Origin: Geosiphon pyriformis uo1
Taxonomy: Eukaryota > Fungi > Glomeromycota
NCBI GenBank assembly: GCA_016748015.1
Contig: JAAOMT010000175.1
Span: 229,395-293,394 of the forward strand
Length of the DNA: 64,000 bases
Direction of reading: 5' to 3'
Shown here: positions 39,301 to 51,349 of the stretch, in pieces
Layout: the number at the start of each line of letters is the position of its first letter
Position numbering within the stretch: the stretch's first letter is position 1
Position numbers and translations under genes: made by a program
The notes under the pieces: model-generated
Told to the model about the DNA's origin: nothing
What the model saw: the letters and a program-made list of their open reading frames with translations, nothing else
Databases searched by the model: none

Positions 39301-42300
39301 AGAGAAAAGGGAAACAAAAGGAAGAACTTACCTGGGAAACTGATGACCTGACATGGACCAACAATGATGAAAGCGAACTGACTTCAAGCTGGAAATGGGA
39401 AGAGGACAAAGAAAATAAAGGAAAAGGGAAAGAAGAAGAGACCACCCAAACCATCACTGCTTATAATAATACCTACACTATTCCACAACGATCTACCCAT
39501 TGTCGACTTAAGCTTATATGCATCAATTGTGGCAAGAAATTGTCATCAATGGGTGCATGCTGTGGTGACGATGAGGAATACAACACCGCAACAAAATTCT
39601 ACTGTTATCTATGTTTACTCGAACACTTCGGATGACCAAAGAGACAAGGAAAATGGGATAACCAACCTTGTCTCACTTGTGGAGAGATCCTGCTAGATGA
39701 AAGAATGTGGAACAACATCCCAGGACATGGAGGAACATGTGACATGTTGTGTCAATACATGATTCTAATAAGTGACTGGGTAAGGAAAAAAACTCCAATA
39801 GAAGCAGCCTGGAGAAGAGCTGTGCAGCAACTGGACAGTTGTTCACATGATGATGACAAAATTTGGTGGATGGCACTTGCAAAAATTGAAGGGGCGATGT
39901 CAGAAGAGATAAAAACGATCAAAGACAACCCCCCAAAACCATTAGAGCTTAATTGGGATGCAGAACCCATCATAAACCTCCTGGATCCGGAACAATTCCA
40001 CAAACACTACCAAGAATTAGCACTCACAAGGGAAGAACAAAAACAACAGTTAGAGTAGTTGAATGCTCGACTATGTCAATACTGCCTAATTCTCTGTGAC
40101 TTCCAGTATTGCAATGATTGTGACCTTATTTACAATCCACCACCACGCATGATCTACATGATCCTGGAAAAGAAAGAACCAATCAGCAGCTGTGCATCAG
40201 AATCAGAATTGCCGATCAATCACGATTCAAATCCCGACAATGATGATGACAACAATGGTTCAAGCTCCATTCAAAATGGCAATGACAATGACAATAATTC
40301 CAACTCAGATACAAACTCCAATTTAAACTATGAACAATACATTGCACTACCAGATCTCTCCAAGGAACAAAAGTTGAAATGGTATAGTGACAATGGGGAA
40401 AGTATTATGTCAGAATGTACACATAATACTGATGCAGAGTTTGATCTGAGATATCCAGGAAAAGATGCCATCAAATTAGAACCACATTCATGCATCTGCA
40501 TTGATCTGAAAATAGCACTAGAAATTCCGGCAACAACAATGATTCAATTAGCATTTAGGAGTAGTTTAGTGAAAAGAAAGATCAATATAAGAGGAGGAAT
40601 AATTGACATGGGATATATAAGAAATATCATCACTATGCTACAAAATGACTCAGAAAAGGCCTATGTAATAGAGCTCAATGAAAAGATAGCACAGGCAATA
40701 TTCCTGTCTCTGATTAGAATAGCTCAGTTAGTATCAGTGGGAAAGAGAGAGGAATTAGGAATAACGGTGAAAGGAATACAGGAATTTGAATCCACAGGTA
40801 GAATAGATGTACCAGTTAACATGGCAGAGGAAAAAATTGTTGGCCCAGGAGAAATTATCTCAACTGGTCAAGCTATTTCCATTCCACCATATAGCCAGTA
40901 CATGTTAGTAATAGAAAGGAAGGAAAAAGAGCAAGAACAGATTTTTGAAGTGGAAGTAACTCTTTGTGAATCAGGAAAGATTGGGTTGATCAATCTCCAC
41001 ATACCAGCCAAAAGCTATAGCAGCATAAAAATTCCTATTTACAACAACACTGGCAATGTCATCAACATACCAGAAAGAACCACCATCGGATACTTAACCA
41101 CAGAAATAGAAGACCAATCACCAAACCCCATTCCAGACTATCCACAACTTTGTGGATATGTTAACATCACATCATAAACAATCTATAGACGAGACGAATG
41201 TTATTTGCTCCAACCAGAACAATTGGAACAAATGAACATAGGAAACTTAGACCCACTTCAATACATGCAGCTCAAGATGTTATTCAATAATTTCAATGAC
41301 ATCTTTGCCAGTGAAAACAAGTTTGGCCGAACTGACATCATCCAGCATCAAATCAAAACTGAAGATGCAATGCCAATCAAACAAAGAGCATACAGAGTGC
41401 CGCCAGCCAGCCACAAGATTATTCGTCAAGAGATAAACAGAATGCTTGACAATGGGCTAATTTAACCATTAATGAGCCCATGGTCATCACCAGTGGTACT
41501 CGTCCATAAGAAAAATGGAAAAATCCAGTTTTGTGTAGACTACAGGAAACTCAATGGTGTAACTCGTGGAGACAGTTATCCAACTCCACGAATACAGAAA
41601 TTATTTGATGCTTTCGGTGGGAACAAATGGTTCTTCACATTAGATTTGGACAGTGGTTACTGGCAAGTAGCCATAAATCCAGCTGACAAAGAGAAAACAG
41701 CATTTACTACTAGAGAAGAGAATTTTGAATTTGAAGTGATGCCATTCGGCTTAACCAATGCCCTAGCAACTTTCCAACAGCTAATGGAAATTGTTTATAC
41801 TGGCTTATTGTGGAAATCAGTAGTTGTATACTTGGACAATACCAATGTATTCTCAAAGACGTTTGATGATCATCTCTATCATTTTCAACAAGTGTTCGAA
41901 AGACTAAGAAGAACAGGACTAAAGTTAAATGCGACAAAGTGCTTTTTTGACAAGACAGAACTCAAATTCTTGGGACACATAGTCAGCAAAGACGGCATCA
42001 AAACGGATCCAGAAAAAATAGAGATAGTAAAGAACTTTCCAGTGCTGACCAATATAACAGAACTGAAATCATTCTTGGGATTTGCCAGCTACTATTGTCG
42101 TTTTATCAAGAACTTTTCCAAGATAGCACAGCCACTCAATCAACTACAAAACAAAAATGCGAAATATGAATGGACAGAAAGTCAACAAGAAGCTTTTGAT
42201 ATTCTGAGAAAAAAGCTCATTCAAGCTCCAGTACTGATCTATCCAGATTACAGCAAACCATTCATCATCACCACTGATGCATCTGGCCAAGCATTGGGAG

Positions 42301-42565
42301 CAGTATTATCGCAGAAAGGACCAGACAGCAGAGAACATTCAGTAGCATATGCCAGCAGAGGTTTAACACCAGCCGAAAAGAACTATAGAACACTGGAACA
42401 AGAACACTTAGCAATATACTGGGCTGTCATGAAATAGAAAGAATACTTAAGCCAGAAGTTTGAAGTATACACAGATCACAAGAGATTAACATCACTCCAA
42501 AAGCAAAAATTTGGAGATGGAAGACAGTCAAGATGGAAAATGGCACTTGCACTATATAATTATAC
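36366..42565 (+). pseudogene. B3 single-frame Gag-PR-Cys-rich-dUTPase-RT-RNaseH (resumes 49783-49849)
   Basis: ORFs at 36486, 37395, 38457, 39240, 39705, 40059, 41205 and 41472 all share one frame. Capsid-like 37395-38042, CHYCGKQGHIQIDC knuckle, PR LILDNSS, RT YLDN (from YLDD), RH TDASG. Confidence 0.92.
40400..40800 (+). pseudogene. dUTPase domain in B3
   Basis: Five dUTPase motifs in order: HNTDAEFDL, RSSL, GGIIDMGYIRNI, IAQAI, KGIQEFESTG (from RG..GFGSTG). Confidence 0.88.
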
Positions 42566-43243
42566 TGTTACAGGTTGGAGTAACAAGTTAACAGATAGCA
42601 AAGGAGAACAGTATTGTATGGTGATGGAAATAAACAAAGAAGAAATTACAATAAGGGAGCAAATTGAATAAGTAAGAATTCAATATGCATGATCAGTCTC
42701 ATAAAAATCACAGTCACTAATCTTTTCTTAAATCTGAAGGTAAAGGAATAGTCCGTGATTGTCAACAAGATAATACTGCTGCTATTATTCTATGTCTCAA
42801 CTCGGCAATTCTTAGAATCAATAATAGATATCATTGTACTTTTCAATCGTTTCTTTATTCAATGAATTACAAGAGCAAGCCAATTGCTTCTCAGGCTAAT
42901 TCTAACAAATACAAATCAAAAAGAGGAAAAGATAAGGTATGTGAATGCCAACAAGTAGATACTTGAAGGTAAGGAAAGAGGAATAAGCGATTATGAAAGG
43001 AAGTAATTAATATTGTTTATTTCGTTACTTTGATCATTTTTTTCTACAACTAAGGGAATCATCACTTATATAGCTATCTAAAGTGGTCAACGACCAGGTC
43101 AATGATTAGGTCAATGATCAGGTTAATGGTCAGGTCATTGATCAGGTCAACAATCACTATCTAAAAATAGGGTGGCTAATTATATGACATTAGTGGCTAA
43201 TACATGTAATAATTAATAAAAACTATGTGTTTCAATCATAACA
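42566..43243 (-). repeat. C 3' LTR (678 bp)
   Basis: Direct repeat of 49125-49778 with two extra 12-bp units. Confidence 0.95.
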
Positions 43244-43869
43244 TCATCCTCTCCAAAGAGATTGAGCTCCGGCGAAATCAAACTATTTATGAAATAGTCT
43301 ATGTGAAGGGTTTTGTCTAACTCAAAACTAACTAGTTTGTTGAAGTCTTTTGTGGATAGAGTATATAGTACTTGAGGCGAAATAAGCTTTGTATCCAAGA
43401 GACCAAATCTTTGTATAAGAGTTCTGGCTCTTCTTGCAATGGTCAAAACTCTTGAGACATCTAAATATATAATGCCCAAAATTTCCACTTGTATCTCTGA
43501 AGTTGTTTTCTTTATGAGCTTCATGTCTTTTATGATTTCACCAAGACGACCATAGAGTTCTAATTGTCTTCTATATGACAAGTTTTTGTCTATGGGCAAG
43601 ATTTCTTGTATTGTTTTTCACATTGTGCTGGAAGGTGAAAGTATTGCTGCTGTTATGCTTTCCAGCAGGTATTTATCCATTTTGCCACCAATTTTTTCTC
43701 TTCTGGTAGTTGTTTTCTTTGGTCTAATAACAGTGTGAGTTCCACTGTTGTTTGTTATAGTGGTTTGTTTTCCGATAGTTAAAGTAGCATTTGGATAGTT
43801 CTTGATCCAGTACTCATGGAGAGTATAGAAAGTGTTTTGAATGTTTTGATCCAGGAAATAATTGTTCAT
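43213..43869 (-). pseudogene. ORF3 of family C
   Basis: MNNYFLDQNIQ.. at 43869. Track ORFs 43618-43965 and 43213-43599 are in one frame with a single stop. Weak similarity to family B ORF3. Confidence 0.7.
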
Positions 43870-43916
43870 GTCGATTGAAGATACCTCTGTTTTGGGAATA
43901 GTGCATTTATTTATAT

Positions 43917-44777
43917 CTAATTTTTGCTGATCATTTGGGTTAGTATTACCACAACAGGTAACCAATCAGGTTGTTTGTGATATTTCTTGAGTCGCGTGCC
44001 ATGAACAGGGCGATTACTGAATATTATTCCATATTGATCTTGTAAGATATAAGAACTATTGTTCAAAACTTTGTTGACTATAAAGGGTCCTTTTCACCAG
44101 TTAGAGAATTTATCACCATAGACATTGTCTCTGTCTGAACGGTATTCCAAAACTAAGTCACCAACACTTAAAGAAAGTGTTTTATAGGTCTTTTTCTTTT
44201 TGAGCTTCTCTTGGAACTGTTTTATCTTTTCAAAGGCAATTATCCGTGCTTCTACTAATGAGTCAAGAATGGTACCAAGTCTTCTTTGCAAAATGTCCTT
44301 GTAATCTCCTATTGTTATTTCTTCAAAAAGTATTGTTTCTATATCCATTTCTATTGGTAGAGTTGCCATTTGTCCATAGAGCANNNNNNNNNNNNNNNNN
44401 NNNNNNNNNNNNNNNNNNNNNNNNNNNNNNNNNNNNNNNNNNNNNNNNNNNNNNNNNNNNNNNNNNNNNNNNNNNNNNNNNNNNGGCCAATAATAGCAAG
44501 CTAAAGTTTTCTGAATTGTTTTTGTTTTTCCAAAGTGTCCAGCTAATGGATCAGTGTGTATATTGTAGATCACAATTTCTCTTTCTTCAAATCTAATAAC
44601 TCTCTGGGGGTGGTCAGGATCTTTTCTATTTCTTTTATATAACTGGTTCTGGCGAATCAAATAGAAATTTGATTGTTTGTGCAAATGTTCTTTTTGCTGT
44701 CGAGTATAGTCCAGTGGGTATTGTCCTTTACCCAAAAATTTCATTAAAGCAGAGTAGTTGTCTAAGTCCATTATCAT
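43917..44777 (-). pseudogene. Family C integrase (core lost in assembly gap)
   Basis: MIMDLDNY..GQYP..Y..LY, HTDPLAGHFG, W.GPF motif. Ends ..WLPVVVILTQMISKN*. Confidence 0.85.
44384..44484. other. Assembly gap (N run)
   Basis: ~100 N. Comparison with the B integrase implies several hundred bp are missing. Confidence 0.98.
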
Positions 44778-44831
44778 GTTTGTTTGTGGGGGAAGTTATA
44801 AATAATTAAGTTGGTTCAGTTTGAGAGGGTT

Positions 44832-47531
44832 TTACTATCACTGGATGGTAAGTTTGGAGAGAACGTCAGTGTTTTAATGATTAGCTCTTTTGTGGTATTG
44901 AATGTCATAGTCAAATTCGTCCAAGTAGAGTATCCAGCGAGTTATCCATTTATGTTCCAGGTTTCTTTTGTTGCATAACTAAACCAAAGCTTGGTAATCT
45001 GTTACCACCAAAAATTTCACACCCTTAAGATATTTGTCCCAGTAGCTGGTAGCCCAAACTACTGCTAAGCATTCCTACTTAGTAACTGAGTAGTTCCTTT
45101 CTGCTGGTGTGAGAGTTCTACTGGCATATGCTACGGCGTGTTCTCTGTTATCTTCATCTTTTTGGGAAAGAACAGCACCAAGTCCATAGCCAGATGCATC
45201 AGTGTGGAGGATAAAAGGTTGATCCAAATTAGGTTGCATGAGAATGGGTTCTGTAACCAGTTTTTCCTTCAGAATTTCAAATGCTTTTTGTTGATGAGTG
45301 CCCCTGTGATAATTGATGTTTTTCCTAAGTAGCTGATTGAGAGGAGCAGCAATTTTGGAGAAATCTTTGACAAACTTGTGATAATAAGAGGCCAAACCAA
45401 GAAAAGAGCGTAGTTCATGAACATTCATTGGTTGTCTAATGTTTTGAACTTTTTCAATTTTGGCTAGATCAGAGAAGATTCCATCTTTTGTAATAAGATG
45501 GCCAAGAAACTGGGTGGATTGACGTCCAAAGAATGATTTAATTGGATTGATTTTGAGACCAGCATTTCTAAGGAGGTCAAAAACCTTTTGCAAATGTTCA
45601 AGGTGTTCATCCCAGGTTTTTGAGTATACCATTATGTTATTCAAGTAGATGAGAACAAAGTTTTCTTTTACTGATTCAAATACTTTGTCTATTAAGCATT
45701 GAAAGGTGGGAGGAGCATTTGTGAGACCAAAAGGCATGACTGTGAATTTGTAGGTACCATACTTGGTGATGAAGGCAGTTTTCTTTTTGCTTTTTGGATC
45801 CATCTCTACTTGCCAGAATTCAGCAGTTAAGTCAATGGTTGAGAAGAAAGCAGCACCATGGAATTGGTCTAGCATTGCATCAATCTTGGGAAGTGGGTAC
45901 ATGTCTTTTTCAGTAATGGCATTTAATTGGTGATAGTCAACACAAAAGTGTAGAGTTTTTCCTTTCTTAGATATCACTACAACTGGAAATGCCCATTCAC
46001 TCTTGGTTTCCTGTATGAATCCAAGAGTTTTCATTCGGGTTATTTTTTTTTTGATAAACTCATCATTGTGCCGGTTGGATTAATAGAGCTTCAAATAGAT
46101 GAAGTGAGTTTCTCTGGTAATGATGGTGTGTTGTATTACATGTGTACGTCTAGGAGGTTCACCTTCTTTTGAGATAACTGGGCTGTTTCTAGCCAGCAGG
46201 TTTTCAATGTCTACTTTTCTTTTTTCTGGAGAGAGTTCTCTTTGTTCTACAACCAGTGATTGGATTTCAGGTGGTTCGTTTTCAAAGGACTTTTGGACTT
46301 CTTTTATTTCCTCTTGGGGTATCAAGCTGATTGGTTCCCAATCTTTGTAATAGATCAGGCAGGACATGCATTCATCACTAGGAGAATACAATGGTTTGTC
46401 ACACCAGCACCAAGCACAAGGATCATGTCACCAATAACTGTATTTGGCTTTCTTGCCTGGCTTTCTGTCAAAGATTCTTCTAAGCATGTCATAATAAGGC
46501 CAGCAGATCAGCTTGTCATTGACAATGATTTTTTCTTTATCTGCCTTGACATTATCCAGTGGTTTGCCATTGCTAGTAAAGATGGTATAGGCGAGTTCAG
46601 CAGTTTCTTTTTGTTCTTCTTGTTCTTCTTCTTTCTCACTTTCTTCATCATCTGATTCATCTGATTCATTTTCTTTTGGGCTCTGCTTGGGTACTGGGGG
46701 AGTTGTCTAATGGCAACACCTAACCACAATGGGTTTCTTACCACATCTGATGGTTAGTTCACAGAGTTCATAATCAAGTAAAGCCTTTGCTTTCTTGAGC
46801 CATTTATTGCCAACAATGATAGTGTATTCTTTTGCTTCAGACACTTCCATATCAGTTTCAATGCTAATGCCATTGATGCAGACAGGAATAGTTTTGGTTA
46901 TGCCAAGTCCTTTCTTCTTATTACCATGCACATTGGTCATTGGTCATGTGAATAGTTCATCAATTTTTCTACCAATTGCTTCAAGAAAGTGTTTGGCAAT
47001 AACACTAACAGATGATCCATTGTCTAGAATCAAATTGATGAAGTAGCCAGCCACTTGGGCTTTACAAATTAGAGAAGTGACATTGCTATTGTCAGCAAGT
47101 TCAGCTTGGTGAAGGCGTTTGTTAGTTTTGGGTGTTTTTTTCTTTGGAATTAGGGATTTGTGAAGATCTTTTCTGAATTGTGGATGAGTCATCAATTGGC
47201 CAAAAGTTATATGTGCTGGGGTTTCCATAAGGTCTTTGACAACAGAATAAGGACCGAATTTTTGTACTATTTCTGAGGGTTCCAACTTTGAAGAGTTCTT
47301 AAAAACTTTGGCTTTTGGGGGCTCATTGTTGTCAGCAGTTGATGTAGAAGCTTTATTGGGGTCCAAAACGAAATCAACTTTGGCTTTCTTCTTCTTTCTT
47401 GTGAATTCAGAGAGGTTGATTGCTAGTTTATCCATGTCATGGTCATCATTAGTTAAGTTAAAAGTGTAAAAGGGGTTTTCTTCTGGTTGGCTTGCACTCT
47501 CACTCTTTGGAGGTGCATCTACTAGTTTAAA
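44832..47531 (-). pseudogene. Family C pol (PR, acidic/Cys-rich spacer, RT, RNase H; no dUTPase)
   Basis: LILDNGSS, MPFGLTNAP, YLNN (from YLDD), HTDASGYGLGAVL. Single frame ending TGA TAG TAA at 44840-44832. Confidence 0.9.
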
Positions 47532-49072
47532 GGCTAATAAACAGTGGCTTCAACTAGGGGATCCTCTCTAAAGAAATTGATGTTGGCATGATTGAATCTT
47601 TGGTTGGGCACATTGTTGTTGTTGATCCTATTGTTCTGAGCATCATTGTTTCTGAGGACTGGTGGAGGCAGTGGAGAATTGTTGCAATCTCTTGAAAAGT
47701 GTCCAGTTAATCCACAGCGATAGCATACAGGTGGGCCACGATTTTGTTGTCTTTGATAAGATGGTTGCTGGAGCTGATTGAAGTGTGGTTCAAATCTGGG
47801 TCTTTGTAGTTGCTAATTTTCTCTGACTGCTTGGGCTAAGAGTTCTAATAACCAGGCAAGATTTGCTGTAAGTCTGTCTATTAACTGTTTATTTGGATCT
47901 TGAGTGTGAGTGGCAAAAGAAGTAGCAGCCATTTGAAGGGCAGGAGCCATGACAGGAACAGGAGCAAAAACTGGTAGTGTGAATCCCAAGTGCATCCTTT
48001 GGTTATCTTCAATTCTTTGTGCTAATTCAATGGCCATATTCATGGTGGGATTATCTTTCAGGGCCAGGAGGGGCCAAAGAGCATATGATAGATCAGTTCT
48101 CAATCCTTTTGTAAAGAAGTGAATTTTCTGCTCTTCTGTCCAATTTCTTCCAGTGTCTACTCATTTGATTAACTTTCTGATTGCTTTGGCGTATTTGGTT
48201 ACAACTTCACCGGGACCTTGGGTTCTTCTTTCCAATTCCATATGCTATTTTGATATTAATATTGGGATTCTGAACTTGTTTTCAAACCAGGTAGTGAAAG
48301 AAGTGTTGATTTCTCCCACATTTGCTGGTGTCCATCTAATGATTCTTTGCTGGGCATTGGCATCTGTTTCTTGTAAGAACCAGGTAGCAGGGGATCCTTG
48401 AAGGTAGCCACTAAAAATTTGGAACTTGTACTCATTGTCATATTGATTGGCTGTAGCAGCTCTTTTAAAGTCATCCAACCATTCAATTGGATCTTGTGCA
48501 TCATCTCTAAATAATGGTATTGGGGTGTTGTTTCTTCGCTCTAGAGCAGTTTGTATATCTTGAAGAGCGGCCAGAATGTTTGTTTGCATGGGGTCATTAG
48601 CCATTGGTTTAGGGATAACTGTTTGTGTAGACGAGTCTGATTTGCTTGATAAAAGATCAAAAACAGAGGCAGTTTGGTAGCTTTCTTCTTCTGTTTCAAA
48701 GGGAGTTTCAGTTGCTTGATGGGCAGCAATCCAAATGTGGATTTGATGATTCAGATATTCGAAATCAGAGGGCTGTTGTTCAAAGATTGCAGAATATAAG
48801 AGCTGATTGATACTGTTGTTTCTTTCTTCAAAGTCATTTTCAAAATAAGCTTGGTCAAAGTAATAGGTTGTATAAGCTGTGTAGGTTTCAGCTGAATGCT
48901 TGTTCAGGAACCAGTTTCAAAAGTCTTGGAATTGTCTACTGGATTGTTTTTCAAGGGGGAAGCAGATCAAGCAGGAGGGCAGAGAATTAAGTTCAATGAA
49001 ACTTTGGTCGTTTCTGTTGTGTGCTACAAAGTGTTTTTCTGATTGCTGTGACAGATATGAGTAATCACCCAT
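47522..49072 (-). pseudogene. Family C gag
   Basis: ATG at 49072 (MGDYSY..), in frame with capsid-like ORFs 48245-48604 and 47813-48103. CYRCGLTGHFSRDC knuckle at ~47654-47725. Confidence 0.88.
47525..47531 (-). promoter_or_regulatory. -1 ribosomal frameshift slippery site T TTA AAC
   Basis: In gag frame immediately before TAG. A -1 slip enters the pol frame. A TGCAC..GTGCA stem starts 7 nt downstream. Confidence 0.8.
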
Positions 49073-49100
49073 ACAATGAGGGAATAAGTGAATTTTGACA

Positions 49101-49118
49101 ACCTCACAGGGAGCACCA
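49101..49118 (-). promoter_or_regulatory. Family C PBS TGGTGCTCCCTGTGAGGT
   Basis: Identical to the B3 PBS. 6 nt from the LTR end. Confidence 0.85.
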
Positions 49119-49124
49119 CTTTTA

Positions 49125-49778
49125 TGTTACAGGTTGGAGTAACAAGTTAACAGATAGCAAGGGAGAACAGTATTGTATGGTGATGGAAATAAACAAAGAA
49201 AAAATTACAATAAGGGAGTGAATTGAATAAGTAAGAATTCAATGTGTGTGATCAGTTTTATAAAAATCACAGTCACTAATCTTTTCTTAAATCTGAAGAT
49301 AGAGGAATAGTCCATGATTGTCAACAAGATAACACCGCTGCTATTATTCTATGCCTCAACTCGGCGATTCTTAGAATCAATAACAGGTATCATTATACTT
49401 TTCAATCGTTTCTTTATTCAATGAATTACAAGAGCAAGCCAATTGCTTCTCAGGCTAATTCTAACAAATACAAATCAAGAAGGAGAAAAGATAAGGTATG
49501 TGAATGCCAACAAGTAGATACTTAAAGGTAAGGAAAGAAGAATAAGCGATTATGAAAGGAAGTAATTAATATTGTTTATTTCATTACTTTGATCATTTTT
49601 TTCTACAGCTAAGGGAATCATCGCTTATATAGCTATCTAAAGTGGTCAATGACCAGGTCAACAATCAGGTCATTGATTAGGTCAACGATCACTATCTAAA
49701 AATAGGGTGGCTAATTATATGACATCAGTGGCTAATACATGTAATAATTAATAAAAACTATGTGTTTTAACCATAACA
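49125..49778 (-). repeat. C 5' LTR (654 bp)
   Basis: TGTTATGG...TGTAACA on the minus strand. Confidence 0.95.
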
Positions 49779-49912
49779 ATACTATACATTATAAAAAGGA
49801 AAAAGACAATGGAAATGCTGACGGTTTATCGCGAATAAGACAAATCTAAGAACATTTCAACCCAAAAATATAATAAAACCAAAACAATACCAACGGAAAA
49901 ATACAACAAAAG

Positions 49913-51295
49913 ATGAACATACAAAAATATCAACAATTGCAATATTATCTAAATACTCAACAGTTCAAGGAGAATTTATCTCATATGGAACAAAGAAGTA
50001 TCAAACAACAATCAAAATATTTTATCACTTACCAAAATATACTTTATTGGAAAAATAGAAGAGATCCAGATCAACCAACCAGAGTAATTACAGAGCCAGA
50101 AAAAGAGACAATATTATTCAACATGCACTCAAATCCAACAGCAGAACATTTTCACAAAGAAGCAACCATGGAAAGAACTAGAAAAAAATACTATTGGCCA
50201 TTAATATACCCAGACATCATTTAATATGTGCAAAATTGTGATGCTTGTCAGCGAAGAGGAAGAACAAGATCCAGTGAACCATTAAGACCAATCAAAGTGG
50301 GACAACCATTTGACCACATGAGAATTGATTTAGTCAGATCATTAACAATCACCAGCAGAGGAAACAGATACATAGTGGTAGCTATGGACTATCTTACTAA
50401 ATGGCCAGAAGCGAAAGCAATTCAAAAAGCGGATGCAGAATCTGTTGCCGAATTCATTCATCAGGATTTGATTTGTCGACATGAATGTCCAAAAGAATTA
50501 TTATCAGACCAAGGAACTCATTTTGTGAACAGAACATTAACAGAATTAAGCCAAAGATTCGAAATCAAAAGACCATTATCATCACCATACCATCCACAAA
50601 CCAACGGATTAGTAGAAAGATTCAACAGAACATTGTATGAAACAATAGCTAAACTCAGTCAAAAAAACCAGAATAATTGGGATTTGTTAATATCATCAGT
50701 ACTATTTGCTTATTAGACAATGAAGCAAGATACTATACAAGCAACACCATTTGAATTAGTATATAGTAGAACAGCAACACTACCTGTAGAAATAGAAGTC
50801 AGTACATACCCAACCGTACAAATAACAGAAGAGAATTTCAAAAAAACATTGCTGAGAAGAACATATGACTTAATGGAAACATTGGAAAACAAACAAAGAA
50901 GAGCAGCTGATAATATCCAAAAGTCACAAGAAACACAAAAAGAAAAACATGATAGTCAACTACCAGACAAACCAGTTGAATTCAAGATTGGAGACAAAGT
51001 ACTACTACATTGTACCAAAGTGGAAAAACAATGGAATGGAAAATTTGACTCCAAATGGGATAGACCATTTCACATAGAAGAAATTCTAGAAAATGGAGCT
51101 TACAAATTAAGATTGGATAACAAAATTTTAACCAAAGCAGTACATGGAGATTGACTGAAACCATATCACAATATCACACTACCATCTACCAGTAATATTC
51201 CACAATTAGGAGTACAGAGAATACTAGTCCAACCAGATGAGATTCCATGAGATCTGAAACCAATCATTATTATCGACAACAACATGTTAAATTGA
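49913..51295 (+). pseudogene. B3 integrase (separate ATG)
   Basis: MNIQKYQQLQYYL, HSNPTAEHF..CDAC, IDL / SDQGTHF / HPQTNGLVERFN, KWDRPF. Ends ..PIIIIDNNMLN*. Confidence 0.92.
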
Positions 51296-51349
51296 TTCAT
51301 CAAAAGAATATATAATGACATGGTAAACACGACAGGAAATATCAGAAAA

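Larger units (their letters stand above)
42566..49778 (-). mobile_element. Gypsy-type family C, complete element inserted in B3 RNase H
   Basis: LTRs 49125-49778 (5') and 42566-43243 (3'). TSD ATAC at 42562-42565 and 49779-49782. PBS 49101-49118, PPT ~43244-43257. Confidence 0.94.

Noticed and set aside
36366-42565. Stop-codon reassignment or editing explaining in-frame stops
   Set aside because: Stops are of all three types, mostly differ between copies and match C>T/G>A decay. The host gene uses the standard code.
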